A stretch of 64,000 nt of DNA from Candidatus Nomurabacteria bacterium. GTDB taxonomy: Bacteria > Patescibacteriota > WWE3 > UBA101185 > UBA10185. The first letter of the stretch is position 1; every line of letters begins with the position of its first letter. Under the pieces are notes generated by a model, which was given only the letters and a program-made list of their open reading frames with translations, was not told the DNA's origin and searched no databases. Of the stretch, positions 38,778 through 49,056 are shown in pieces. Made by a program: the position numbers and the translations under genes. The stretch lies in NCBI GenBank assembly GCA_020631855.1, contig JACKGU010000001.1:295601-359600 (forward strand), read 5' to 3'.

Positions 38778-40658
38778 ATGGGTAAAATAATAGGCATAGA
38801 CCTAGGTACAACAAACAGTGCGATGGCCGTAATGGAAAGTGGCCAACCAAAAATAATTCCAAACTCTGAGGGTATGAATACAACTCCCTCGATAGTAAAC
38901 CCTACTGCAAACTTGGTAGGCGTAGCTGCAAAGAGACAGCAGGTGGTAAATCCAAAAAACACCATTTTCAGCATCAAAAGGCTGATAGGTATGAAGTTCA
39001 ACGATCCTGAGATTGACACACTCAAAAAAAACTATCCCTACACTATAGTGGAAGGTAAAAATGGAATGGCTGCAGTAGAGGTAGACGGGAAAACCTTCAC
39101 GCCACAAGAAATATCAGCCATGATTTTAAGAAAACTTAAAGCTGATGCTGAAAAATATTTGGGGCAAGAAGTAACAGAGGCGGTAATTACCGTCCCTGCC
39201 TACTTTAATGACGCGCAAAGATCAGCAACTAAAGAAGCCGGACAAATAGCAGGCTTAGAGGTTAAAAGAATAATTAACGAGCCTACTGCAGCTTCTCTAG
39301 CCTATGGCTTGGATAAGAAATCAAATGAAAAGATAGTGGTTTATGACTTAGGTGGAGGAACCTTTGATGTTTCTGTACTTGAGGTGGGAGACGGAGTTTT
39401 TGAGGTTAAATCAACGAACGGAGATACACATTTAGGGGGAGATGACTTTGACGTATGTTTAATAAATTGGCTGCTTGAGGAGTTTAAGAAAGAAACAGGC
39501 ATAGAACTAACTCAAGACAAGCAAGCAATGCAAAGACTAAAAGATGCAGCGGAAAAAGCCAAAATAGAGCTATCAAGTACTCTTGAAACAGAAGTAAATA
39601 TACCTTTCATCACTGCAGATGCAAATGGCCCAAAACACATGAATATTAAACTCACTCGATCTAAATACGAACAACTAGTCGAGGAGTTGATTAATAAAAC
39701 ACTCAAGCCAATAGAAAACGCACTAAAAGATGCGTCCTTAGATAAAGGGCAGATAGACGAAATTGTGATGGTCGGAGGTATGACTAGAACTCCAAAAGTG
39801 AACGAGGTTGTTAAAAAATCTTTCGGAAAAGAGCCGCATAAAGGAGTTAACCCCGATGAAGTTGTTGCAATTGGGGCCGCTATACAAGGGGGCGTACTAG
39901 GTGGGGACGTAAAAGATGTTCTACTACTCGATGTCACACCCCTAACCTTGGGGATCGAAACACTAGGCGGAATTATGACTCCTTTAATTAAACGGAACAC
40001 AACAGTGCCGACTGCAGCAAATCAAATATTCAGCACTGCTGCCGATAGCCAAACTAGCGTGGAAATAAACATTCTTCAAGGAGAACGCGAAATGGCAATA
40101 GATAACAAGAGTCTTGGCCGCTTTATATTAGACGGAATACCGCCGGCCCCAAGAGGCGTTCCTCAGATAGAAGTTACATTTGACTTAGATGCCAGCGGCA
40201 TAATACACGTTAGCGCCAAAGACAAGACCTCAGGCAAAGAACAAAAAATAAAGATTGAAGGTGGAACAGGCCTTAGTCAAGAAGAAATAGATAAAATGGT
40301 AAAAGACGCCCAACTTCATGCTGAAGAAGATAAAAAGAAAAAAGAACAAATAGAGGCCAGGAATATAGCTGATAACATGTGCCATGCCGCAGAGAAAGCC
40401 TTAAAGGATTCCGAAGGTAAGCTGACAGAGGAAATTGTTTCTGATATTACAGCTAAGGTGAAGGGTGTCAGAGATGTTCTGTCCACAGCTTCCACAGAAG
40501 AACTCAAGCAAAAAACCGAAGAGTTAAGTAGCGCTATGCAGAAAATAGGAGAGCACCTTGCAAAGCAATCACAAACCGGCACGGAAGAGCAAGGAAATGA
40601 CCCTAAAAGAGAAGGTCCGGAGGATGAAGTAACAGAAGGGGAAGTGGTGCAAGAGTAG
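38778..40658 (+). CDS. dnaK: Chaperone DnaK (Hsp70)
   Basis: [18 protein letters not shown], full NBD+SBD, C-terminal acidic tail. Confidence 0.97.
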   Translation: MGKIIGIDLGTTNSAMAVMESGQPKIIPNSEGMNTTPSIVNPTANLVGVAAKRQQVVNPKNTIFSIKRLIGMKFNDPEIDTLKKNYPYTIVEGKNGMAAVEVDGKTFTPQEISAMILRKLKADAEKYLGQEVTEAVITVPAYFNDAQRSATKEAGQIAGLEVKRIINEPTAASLAYGLDKKSNEKIVVYDLGGGTFDVSVLEVGDGVFEVKSTNGDTHLGGDDFDVCLINWLLEEFKKETGIELTQDKQAMQRLKDAAEKAKIELSSTLETEVNIPFITADANGPKHMNIKLTRSKYEQLVEELINKTLKPIENALKDASLDKGQIDEIVMVGGMTRTPKVNEVVKKSFGKEPHKGVNPDEVVAIGAAIQGGVLGGDVKDVLLLDVTPLTLGIETLGGIMTPLIKRNTTVPTAANQIFSTAADSQTSVEINILQGEREMAIDNKSLGRFILDGIPPAPRGVPQIEVTFDLDASGIIHVSAKDKTSGKEQKIKIEGGTGLSQEEIDKMVKDAQLHAEEDKKKKEQIEARNIADNMCHAAEKALKDSEGKLTEEIVSDITAKVKGVRDVLSTASTEELKQKTEELSSAMQKIGEHLAKQSQTGTEEQGNDPKREGPEDEVTEGEVVQE

Positions 40659-40689
40659 AGTTTACGGACAGATTCTGAGTGTCTTTTGG

Positions 40690-40715
40690 TGTGCGGGCCG
40701 TAAGGCCCGCACACT
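40690..40715 (+). promoter_or_regulatory. 11-bp perfect GC-rich hairpin with GNRA loop (GTGTGCGGGCC-GTAA-GGCCCGCACAC) between dnaK and dnaJ; no U-tract
   Basis: Read directly. Confidence 0.5.
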
Positions 40716-40746
40716 ACGTTAAAACTAAGAGAAAGAAAAGAACAAT

Positions 40747-41661
40747 ATGGAAAAAAGAGATTACTATGAAATACTAGGCATTTCTAAAAGCGCCTCTCCG
40801 GAAGAAATAAAAAGCGCTTACAGAAAACTTGCCAGAGAGCACCATCCGGATATGGTAAAAGATGGGGACAAGGCAGCTGCTGAGAAAAGATTTAAAGAAA
40901 TAAATGAAGCTTATCAAATATTAAGCGAGCCCGATAAAAGAAAAATGTACGATCAATTCGGCCACGAAGGCGCTAAATATCGAAATACCGGACAAGGTTT
41001 TAGCGGGGGAGGCGCCGGAGGTCCTTTCAGCTATACCTACACAACGGGAGGCGCGGGCTTTGACGGAATAGATCCTTTTGATATATTCGAACAATTTTTC
41101 GGGTTTCGCGGCTTCGGGGGAAGAAGGCAAAACAAAGGAAAGAATCTTTACTACGAACTACATGTTGCATTTGAAGACGCAGTGCATGGTGCAAAAAAAG
41201 ATATAACCACAGAAGCCGGCAAAATAACAATAAAAATCCCGCAAGGAGCCAGAGACGGTATAGAGCTAAGATTCGCGGGCAAGGGAATGCCGGGTCCGGC
41301 AAAAGACATACCTAACGGAGATTTATTTATAACATTAAGGATCGCAACACCGAAGATTTTTCAAAGAGCCGGAGATAATCTTGGGACACTACTAAAAATT
41401 GACTTCATTCAGGCTATATTGGGTGACGAGGTGCCTGTAGATGTAATAGATACATCAGAGAAAACAGGCATGGGCCACGTGAAACTTAAAATACCAGCGG
41501 GTACTCAAAACGGGGCCCAATTCAGGCTTAAAAACCGAGGTATGCCGAAACTTCAAGGAACAGGACAAGGAGATTTAATAGTTCAAGTTGAGGTAATAAC
41601 ACCAAAAAAAGTTTCAAAGAAACAGAAACAGCTACTTGAAGAATACCGTAAAAACTCATAA
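40747..41661 (+). CDS. dnaJ: DnaJ-family co-chaperone lacking the Cys-rich zinc-finger (CbpA/type II-like)
   Basis: J domain with HPD (REHHPDM), G/F-rich linker, C-terminal substrate-binding domains; no CxxCxGxG repeats. Confidence 0.85.
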   Translation: MEKRDYYEILGISKSASPEEIKSAYRKLAREHHPDMVKDGDKAAAEKRFKEINEAYQILSEPDKRKMYDQFGHEGAKYRNTGQGFSGGGAGGPFSYTYTTGGAGFDGIDPFDIFEQFFGFRGFGGRRQNKGKNLYYELHVAFEDAVHGAKKDITTEAGKITIKIPQGARDGIELRFAGKGMPGPAKDIPNGDLFITLRIATPKIFQRAGDNLGTLLKIDFIQAILGDEVPVDVIDTSEKTGMGHVKLKIPAGTQNGAQFRLKNRGMPKLQGTGQGDLIVQVEVITPKKVSKKQKQLLEEYRKNS

Positions 41662-41797
41662 AACAGGCATGGTAAGGGGGCGACTTTAGTACAACGCCGG
41701 TCTTAAAATAACATAATCATCAATGCACTATTTTAAGTTGCTAGATTTTCCTGTACACTTTCATACACACAAACTTAACATGGGAAGTTAAAGAATC

Positions 41798-42469
41798 ATG
41801 ACAACTATTTATCTAGTTAGACACGGAGAAAACCTAGCAAACATTACCAGAGAACTTTCTTATAAACACATAGACTATGAGCTGACGAACAAAGGACATT
41901 TTCAAGCAGCTCAAACTGCTACAGCCTTTGATAATATAACCATAGATGCAATCTACTCTTCTCCTCTTAAAAGAGCGATGCAAACGGCAGAATATATAGC
42001 TAAAAGAAAGAAACTAATACCAAAAATTTTAGAAAACTTCAGAGAAATAAATATGGGAAAGGTCGAAGGGATGAAGCCAAATGAAGAAAGTTGGAAACAA
42101 TATTTTTTAATCACACATAAATGGTATATGGGCGAAGAAGACATAAGCTTTCCTGAAGGAGAAAACTACTCTCAGCTAGTTAACCGCTTTGCAACGGGCC
42201 TACTAGAAGCAATCAAAAAAACTCTGCACGGTAATATTGCAGTTATTGGGCATGCAGGCATCTTTGCAGCCGGAGTGATCCATCTTTGTAAAATAGAAAA
42301 TAAAAAAGAGTTTTCTGCTATACAAAACCATAACTGCTCAATAAGCGAGCTGTCGGTCACACAAAACAATCAAAACCTATCTTACTCCTTAGTCAAGTGG
42401 GCCGACAGCTCGCACTTAACGGGCAGCGCCGCGAAACTAGTTAAAGGCATGCCCGAATCGTCATCCTGA
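41798..42469 (+). CDS. Histidine phosphatase (phosphoglycerate mutase-like) family protein
   Basis: IYLVRHGEN (RHG motif), later GH. Confidence 0.7.
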   Translation: MTTIYLVRHGENLANITRELSYKHIDYELTNKGHFQAAQTATAFDNITIDAIYSSPLKRAMQTAEYIAKRKKLIPKILENFREINMGKVEGMKPNEESWKQYFLITHKWYMGEEDISFPEGENYSQLVNRFATGLLEAIKKTLHGNIAVIGHAGIFAAGVIHLCKIENKKEFSAIQNHNCSISELSVTQNNQNLSYSLVKWADSSHLTGSAAKLVKGMPESSS

Positions 42470-42609
42470 GGCCAAGCTTGACCAACACACTTAATGTGTG
42501 GTAATTTACCTAGTGGACTTAAAAGGTGCTTAAAAACACCTATTAGCAAAAAACCATTATTCTTAGCCCAAGCTTAGGCTTGGAAAGATTAACTATAAAA
42601 ACAAAATGA

Positions 42610-42632
42610 GGTGGGAAGTTCCCGCCTTTTTT
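42610..42632 (+). terminator. Intrinsic terminator/attenuator about 46 nt upstream of nusA (GGUGGG-aaguu-CCCGCC + UUUUUU)
   Basis: Read directly; preceded by three further small hairpins in 42470-42600. Confidence 0.45.
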
Positions 42633-42678
42633 GATAGAATTATACTGTTAGTAAAGGTTAATTGCTAAAGTAATAAAT

Positions 42679-43815
42679 TTGGATAAAAAAATGGCAACAA
42701 CAGAATTTAAAGCAGCATTAATACAGGTGGCAACTGAAAGAGGAATATCGGCCGAAGATGTTATAGAGTCTATTAAAAGTGCGCTGATTTCGGCATACAA
42801 AAAAGATTATGGGGCTGATCTCACTGAAGAGCAAATAGAGGAAATTACTGTAATTGTTGATCCTGACACCGGAGAAGCTAAAATAATTAAAGACAAGAAA
42901 GACGTTACGCCTCCGGGATTTGGCCGCATTGCAGCTCAGACGGCAAAACAGGTTATTTTGCAAAAAATACGCGAAAGCGAGAAAAAGGTCTTATTCGACG
43001 AATTTAAAGATAAGATAGGAATCTTAATTACAGGACAAATTTTTAGAATTGAGAACGGTCTTATTATATTGGACATCGGAAAAGCACAGGGCGTACTACC
43101 TCAGTCGGAACAAGTTGAGAATGAGCATTACAGAATTAATCAAAGACTAAAAGTTTACGTAAAAGACGTTAGAACAGGCCCTAGAGGCACAGAAGTAATT
43201 TTAAGCAGGAGCGACGCTGAATTAGTAAGAAGGCTTTTTGAACAGGAAGTTCCTGAAGTGTCCTCCGGGGTCGTAGAAATAAAAGCTATAGCTAGAGAAG
43301 CCGGCTCACGAACAAAAATAGCGGTTTCATCAAACGACGCAAAAATAGATCCGGTGGGCAGCTGTGTGGGCCAAAAGGGTGTAAGAGTACAGGCTATAAT
43401 CTCAGAGCTATTCGGGGAAAAAATAGATATAATCCCCTTTTCTGCTAGTATTGAAAAGTACATAGCAGCAGCGCTATCGCCAGCTAGAGTTACGGGAGTA
43501 GAAATAATCGAAGATGAAAATAGGGCCGTAGTATCGGTTCCGGAAGATCAGCAGAGCCTTGCTATAGGACGCGAAGGACAAAACGCCCGCCTAGCAAATA
43601 AACTAACTAAATGGAAAATAGATATAAAGGGCACAAAAGGGGTATTCGACACAACCGAAGACACATCTTCACAGTCAACTGAAAATAGGGATGTGGTAGG
43701 AGTATGGGACGCTGCTATTGAAAAAGTAAACAAGCAGTTAGAGGACTCTGCCAAAACAACAGAAGAAAAAATACAAGAAAACACTGAGAGCGAAAAAACA
43801 GAATCTACCCAATAG
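42679..43815 (+). CDS. nusA: Transcription termination/antitermination factor NusA
   Basis: 378 aa; S1 + two KH domains. Confidence 0.95.
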   Translation: MDKKMATTEFKAALIQVATERGISAEDVIESIKSALISAYKKDYGADLTEEQIEEITVIVDPDTGEAKIIKDKKDVTPPGFGRIAAQTAKQVILQKIRESEKKVLFDEFKDKIGILITGQIFRIENGLIILDIGKAQGVLPQSEQVENEHYRINQRLKVYVKDVRTGPRGTEVILSRSDAELVRRLFEQEVPEVSSGVVEIKAIAREAGSRTKIAVSSNDAKIDPVGSCVGQKGVRVQAIISELFGEKIDIIPFSASIEKYIAAALSPARVTGVEIIEDENRAVVSVPEDQQSLAIGREGQNARLANKLTKWKIDIKGTKGVFDTTEDTSSQSTENRDVVGVWDAAIEKVNKQLEDSAKTTEEKIQENTESEKTESTQ

Positions 43816-43937
43816 TAAGACCTAAACAAGAAGCATTAGAGTGTGAGGAAAAAAATAAAAGGGCTTTTTAAATCCTTCCCGTGCTAAAATATTGCGTTAG
43901 ATTTACACATAATTAAAAGATCGGTGTATAGTAAAAG

Positions 43938-45440
43938 GTGAACATGAGTACAACAAATAAAACAAATACTAAATCAAATAAAGCTGTGAGACCTCCTATT
44001 GTAACAATAATGGGACATGTGGACCACGGTAAAACGAGCATACTGGATTACATTAGAAAAACAAAAATCCAAGAACGAGAGTACGGCGGAATAACTCAGC
44101 ACATAGGCGCATACCAAATAAGTCATAAATCTAAATTGATAACATTTATCGATACACCGGGGCACGCAGCCTTTTCTCAAATGCGTTCCAGAGGGGGCAA
44201 AGCTGCCGATTTGGTGGTTTTAGTTGTAGCCGCTGAAGAAGGCGTAAAGCCGCAAACAAAAGAAGCGATTCTACACGCTAAAGCGGCTGGGGTACCAATT
44301 ATTGTTGCAATAAACAAAATAGATAAACCCGGCGCGGATTCTCAAAAAGTAAAACAAGAGCTTGCCCAAGCCAATATAATGGTCGAGGATTGGGGCGGAG
44401 ACATAGTATGTGTAGAAACCTCAGCAATCTCCGGAAAAGGCATATCTGAGCTTTTAGACGCCATTTTAGCTGTAGCCGAGATGGAGAATTTAGTAGCAGA
44501 CAGCAATGCGGAACTTGAAGCAATAATCATTGAATCAAAACTTGACCCTAAAAGAGGTGTGGTTGTAAGTTGCATAGTTAAAAGCGGCTCCTTGAAAGTC
44601 GGCTCTGAAGTTACGGGCAGCGGCATAGAGGCAAAAGTAAAATCAATGGTAAATCCTTATGGTATAAGCATTGATATCGCAGGCCCTTCTACCCCTGTTG
44701 AAATACTGGGTTTTAAAACCACGCCGCACATAGGCGATTTGATTGTCGAAAAAGGAAGCGAACTTGCTGAGTTAAGCATTGTTGATGATCACAACGAAGT
44801 TATAGGGGCTAACACAAAACGTACTGTAGGAATTATTATTAGAGCCGACACGCAAGGCACACTCGAAGCAGTTAAACAGAGCCTAGCCAACCTCATTACC
44901 GAATCGGTGGGCTTAGACTTTTCTATAAAATTTGTACACACTGCAACGGGAGATATTACAGACTCAGACGTACTTCTGGCTTCAACAACCGACAGCGTTA
45001 TCGTGGGCTTTAATGTTAAAGAGGGAAAATCGGTTACTGAGCTCGCATCAGAACTAAAAGTAACAGCAAAAACATATAAAACTATATACGACCTCATAGA
45101 TGAAATAAAGGATCTTTTAGAAGGTACTGCGATTAAAGAGGAGCAAAAAATAAAAGGTCGTGCTCAGGTTATAAAAAAGTTTAAACTTCCATCCGGAGAC
45201 GTAATTTTGGGCAGTAAAATTTTGGCAGGAAAAGTAAAAGAAAACGACAGGGTCGGCATATTTCTAATCAATCCATCAGAGGCCACCGAGCAAGATACGC
45301 CTCTATATTACTCTAAAATTAAGAAAATCAAGGTTCAAAAAAACGAAGTAAAAGAAATAAAAAAAGGTCTTGAATGCGGCCTACTGTTAAAACCTCAAAT
45401 AGACGAAATCGAGCCCGGCATGTACATAGAAGTTCTTTAG
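43938..45440 (+). CDS. infB: Translation initiation factor IF-2 (short, lacks N-terminal extension)
   Basis: [19 protein letters not shown]; DTPGHAAF; NKID. Confidence 0.95.
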   Translation: MNMSTTNKTNTKSNKAVRPPIVTIMGHVDHGKTSILDYIRKTKIQEREYGGITQHIGAYQISHKSKLITFIDTPGHAAFSQMRSRGGKAADLVVLVVAAEEGVKPQTKEAILHAKAAGVPIIVAINKIDKPGADSQKVKQELAQANIMVEDWGGDIVCVETSAISGKGISELLDAILAVAEMENLVADSNAELEAIIIESKLDPKRGVVVSCIVKSGSLKVGSEVTGSGIEAKVKSMVNPYGISIDIAGPSTPVEILGFKTTPHIGDLIVEKGSELAELSIVDDHNEVIGANTKRTVGIIIRADTQGTLEAVKQSLANLITESVGLDFSIKFVHTATGDITDSDVLLASTTDSVIVGFNVKEGKSVTELASELKVTAKTYKTIYDLIDEIKDLLEGTAIKEEQKIKGRAQVIKKFKLPSGDVILGSKILAGKVKENDRVGIFLINPSEATEQDTPLYYSKIKKIKVQKNEVKEIKKGLECGLLLKPQIDEIEPGMYIEVL

Positions 45441-45507
45441 AAACTGCAGTTCGCAAGCAAATAAGGCCAATACATTGACACTATAGGACATTTATTGTAT
45501 ACTCTAC

Positions 45508-46191
45508 GTGTTCCAGCCCATACAGATTAATATGCAGATAGAAAACTACGACAATAATCAAATAGCCGAGCTTTTGCGTGATGCAAAAAGCGTTGGCATA
45601 ATAGCCTCAAGACTAAATCAACCGGATACTTTCTGTGCCGCTTCTGGACTCTACTTGATGCTCAAAAATACGTTCGAAGACAAAGAAATTAAACTTATTT
45701 ACAAAGGCGACATCCCCACAGAATGCAGCAATTTAATAAATAGCGAAGACGTTCACGCCAATGTCGATGAGAGAGACTTGGTAGTGACTGTGAACTACAA
45801 AGGGACAAGCGCATCAAAGGTACAATATAGCACTGAAGACGGAGTATTTCAGTTCAGGCTCGGCCCTGTGCCGAAATATTTTGATTTGGGCAACATTCAA
45901 AGCGTACTTTCAGGATTCGACTTCGATGTTGTGGTTACCATAGGTATTCCTGACCTCGAGGTAACAGGGAGTCTATACAGTAGCCTGAAGCACGAACTTA
46001 GCAGCGCAAAAATTGTAAACATAGACAATACAGGACTAAATAAAAGGTTTGGGAGCGTCAATGTAATTGATACGCAAGCAAGCTCACTTAGTACACTGGT
46101 CTTTAATTTAGCGGCAGAATGGAAACTCAAACCAACTGCAAAATCTGCAAAAATGCTGTTAGTAGGGGTTTCATCTACAAGCATAGACTAG
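45508..46191 (+). CDS. Degenerate DHH-family (NrnA/CnpB-like) protein lacking DHH catalytic triad and DHHA1 domain
   Basis: SVGIIASRLNQPDTFCAASGLYLML (motif I/II-like), IVNIDNTG where DHH expected; position downstream of infB matches known infB-rbfA-nrnA synteny in other phyla. Confidence 0.4.
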   Translation: MFQPIQINMQIENYDNNQIAELLRDAKSVGIIASRLNQPDTFCAASGLYLMLKNTFEDKEIKLIYKGDIPTECSNLINSEDVHANVDERDLVVTVNYKGTSASKVQYSTEDGVFQFRLGPVPKYFDLGNIQSVLSGFDFDVVVTIGIPDLEVTGSLYSSLKHELSSAKIVNIDNTGLNKRFGSVNVIDTQASSLSTLVFNLAAEWKLKPTAKSAKMLLVGVSSTSID

Positions 46192-46230
46192 TTGAAATAA
46201 GTATTTAATATTGTTACAATGTTTTAGCAT

Positions 46231-46491
46231 ATGGCATTAGATAAAAAGAATAAAACACAATTAATACAAGGTAGCAGACTTCACGATACCGACACAGGTT
46301 CCCCAGAGGTTCAAATAACTATATTGTCAAAAAGAATAGCCGAACTTTCTGAACACCTAAAAAAACACAAAAAAGACAACCACTCACGAAGAGGTCTTTT
46401 GCAAATGGTAAATAAACGAAGAAGGCTCCTTGCATTTTTGAAGAAAAAAGATCCTGAAAGATTCGAGAAATACGTAGAAAAACACGAGTAA
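46231..46491 (+). CDS. rpsO: 30S ribosomal protein S15
   Basis: 86 aa; [20 protein letters not shown] typical S15. Confidence 0.95.
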   Translation: MALDKKNKTQLIQGSRLHDTDTGSPEVQITILSKRIAELSEHLKKHKKDNHSRRGLLQMVNKRRRLLAFLKKKDPERFEKYVEKHE

Positions 46492-46506
46492 TGGCTTTTC
46501 CATATA

Positions 46507-46540
46507 TCGGGGTATAGCGCCCGAAACTTTTTCAGTTTTT
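46507..46540 (+). terminator. rpsO terminator (TCGGG-gtatagcg-CCCGA followed by CUUUUUCAGUUUUU)
   Basis: Read directly, 15 nt after rpsO stop. Confidence 0.45.
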
Positions 46541-46764
46541 CCATATTTATAGAGTATCTTGAGGCCAAGCCTGGGATCCATGTGCTTCAAAGCACTTAGG
46601 CAGATTTGCCAAATATACGCACAGCGTATAAAGTATATAGTTGAAAGTATAAAAATTAAGGCGGAAGCTTTGTGATTAGGGTCAGACATAATGTACATAA
46701 TGTTTTAAATATTATGGATAGTATCTCTCATCTTAGTCACACAACAGCACTCCGAATAAAATAA

Positions 46765-48999
46765 ATGAAACAAGTCAAAAAAGAAATAGACTTTAACGGT
46801 AAAAAAATTACGCTTGAAACAGGCAAATTAGCCCCTCAAGCAAATGTATCAATCAAGGCCACATACGGCGAAACGGTCATCTTGGTGACCGCAGTGTCAG
46901 GCGGGCAGAATCCAGACCTGGATTACTTCCCTCTTCAGATGTCTTACGAAGAGAAACTTTATGCAAGCGGAACAATAAAAACTTCCAGATTTGTAAAAAG
47001 AGACGGAAGACCCACTGACGATGCAACAGTCACACGAAGACTCATAGATAGAGCTATTAGACCTCTTTTTCCGGATGACTTTTCGGATGAAATACAAATA
47101 ATCATGACAGTATTATCCTTGGACGAAGATTCCGATCCTGCATTTCTAGCGGGCTTGGCGGCTTCTGCTGCGCTGCAAGCCTCAAATATTCCATTTGAAG
47201 GCCCCATGATTCCTGTAAAAGTAGGCTATGCGGATCAAAAATATATTCTCATACCGACCAGAAAACAAACCGAAGAAGATTCCGATCTTAATATGATGGT
47301 CTCTTTTTCAGGAACAGATAGAAAATTTTTATCAATTGATGCCAGCGCCAATATCTTGCCAGAAAAAGTAATTTTAGGAGCAATAGAATTTGCAAGAGAT
47401 AACGCGGAACCATTGTTAAACCTAGTTATGGATTTCGCTAAGGAATATAATCCAGATGGTACGAAATATACTTATATTTCATCAAAACCTTCGGATGAAG
47501 TCATTAACTCCGTAAAAGCAATTGTAAAAGACGAGCTCGCAACGTTAATAAAGGGAAACTACAAGTACAACGAAGCTTTAAATAATCAAAAGAGCATGCT
47601 TGTAGAAAAAGTCTTTACAGAACTTGAAGGCAAGTTTAAGAAATCCGAAATGGTTAAAGCGCTGGAGAAAATAGAGAAAAACATAGCTCGAGCTCTCATA
47701 ATGGAATCAGGAAAAAGAATTGACGGTCGTTCAGAGAGCGACCTTAGACCGATTTCAGGAGAAGTCGGGCTATTGCCACGAACACACGGCAGCGGATTAT
47801 TTAACAGAGGGCTGACTCAAGCTCTAACAGTTGCTACATTAGGAAATCCTTCTTTAGAGCTGCTTATTCAAGACATGTATGGAGAAAAAACAAAACGATA
47901 CCTCCATTACTATAACTTCCCTCCTTTTGCTACAGGCGAAGTAGGACGAATAGGCGGAGCCAATCCAAGAGAAATTGGCCATGGGATGTTAGCTGAAAAA
48001 GCACTTGTCCCTGTAATACCAAGCAAAGAAGAGTTTCCATATACAATTTTACTTATGACCGAAACTTTATCTTCAAACGGCTCCAGCTCGATGGCCGCGA
48101 CATGTGGCTCTACCCTGGCTCTGATGGATGCTGGCGTACCAATTAAAGGCGCTGTAGGAGGAGTTGCAATGGGACTTATGGCAAACGAAGATCAATCAGA
48201 ATTTATGATTCTTAACGATCTTAGCGGCTATGAAGACTCTGTTGGCTACATGGACTTTAAAATGACAGGAACAAAAGAAGGAATAACCGCTATACAAGTC
48301 GACATCAAACTAAAAGGCTTACCAATGGACTTGATTCCGAGAATAATTGAGAAATCGAGAGAAGCTCGACTGGAAATTATTGAAAAAATAGAAGAGATTA
48401 TCTCCTCACCAAGAGATAGTTTGAGTAAATACGCGCCGAAAATGTGTGTAGTCAAGATTGATCCTACAAAAATCGGAATGGTTATAGGCAGCGGAGGCAA
48501 AACCATCAAGGAAATTCAGGAGCAGACTAATACTGAGCTTGGCATCGATGATGATGGGACAGTATTTATCTCAGGAGAATCCGAAGAAGATGTTGCACGC
48601 GCTCAAGGAATGGTTGAGGGCCTGACCAAGGATATTGAGGTTGGAGAAGTGTACGAAGGAACTGTAAAAGAAATAGTAGACTTTGGTGCTTTCGTAGAAA
48701 TTCTTCCTAATAAACAAGGGTTACTTCATATAAGCGAGATTACAGATGATTACGTAGAAAAGGCTTCAGATCACCTAAAAGAAGGTCAAGTGGTTACCGT
48801 AAAGGTAATAGAAACAGGCCCTAATGGAAAAGTCTCTCTATCGATGAGAGCCATGAATCCCGGGTATGAGCCCAAACCAAGGCACAGCGACAGAGGAGGA
48901 AGATCTTCAAGTGGCGGACACAGCGGGCGCGATAGAAACTCACACAATTCCGGAGGCGGAAGAGATAGAGGCGGAAGGAACTTCAGAGATAGAAGATAG
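46765..48999 (+). CDS. pnp: Polynucleotide phosphorylase with Arg/Gly-rich C-terminal tail
   Basis: Two RNase PH domains, KH, S1; tail ...SDRGGRSSSGGHSGRDRNSHNSGGGRDRGGRNFRDRR. Confidence 0.97.
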   Translation: MKQVKKEIDFNGKKITLETGKLAPQANVSIKATYGETVILVTAVSGGQNPDLDYFPLQMSYEEKLYASGTIKTSRFVKRDGRPTDDATVTRRLIDRAIRPLFPDDFSDEIQIIMTVLSLDEDSDPAFLAGLAASAALQASNIPFEGPMIPVKVGYADQKYILIPTRKQTEEDSDLNMMVSFSGTDRKFLSIDASANILPEKVILGAIEFARDNAEPLLNLVMDFAKEYNPDGTKYTYISSKPSDEVINSVKAIVKDELATLIKGNYKYNEALNNQKSMLVEKVFTELEGKFKKSEMVKALEKIEKNIARALIMESGKRIDGRSESDLRPISGEVGLLPRTHGSGLFNRGLTQALTVATLGNPSLELLIQDMYGEKTKRYLHYYNFPPFATGEVGRIGGANPREIGHGMLAEKALVPVIPSKEEFPYTILLMTETLSSNGSSSMAATCGSTLALMDAGVPIKGAVGGVAMGLMANEDQSEFMILNDLSGYEDSVGYMDFKMTGTKEGITAIQVDIKLKGLPMDLIPRIIEKSREARLEIIEKIEEIISSPRDSLSKYAPKMCVVKIDPTKIGMVIGSGGKTIKEIQEQTNTELGIDDDGTVFISGESEEDVARAQGMVEGLTKDIEVGEVYEGTVKEIVDFGAFVEILPNKQGLLHISEITDDYVEKASDHLKEGQVVTVKVIETGPNGKVSLSMRAMNPGYEPKPRHSDRGGRSSSGGHSGRDRNSHNSGGGRDRGGRNFRDRR

Positions 49000-49011
49000 C
49001 TTGAATTTTGT

Positions 49012-49038
49012 ATGCGGCACATTACCAATGTGCCGCAT
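49012..49038 (+). promoter_or_regulatory. 11-12 bp perfect hairpin (ATGCGGCACAT-tacca-ATGTGCCGCAT) immediately after pnp; no U-tract
   Basis: Read directly. Confidence 0.5.
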
Positions 49039-49056
49039 ATCTGATAGAATTTAAAC

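Noticed and set aside
42468-42481. 13/14-nt identity 'TGAGGCCAAGC-TG' shared with 46560-46573 (rpsO-pnp spacer)
   Set aside because: Too short and without extended flanking similarity; judged to be chance.
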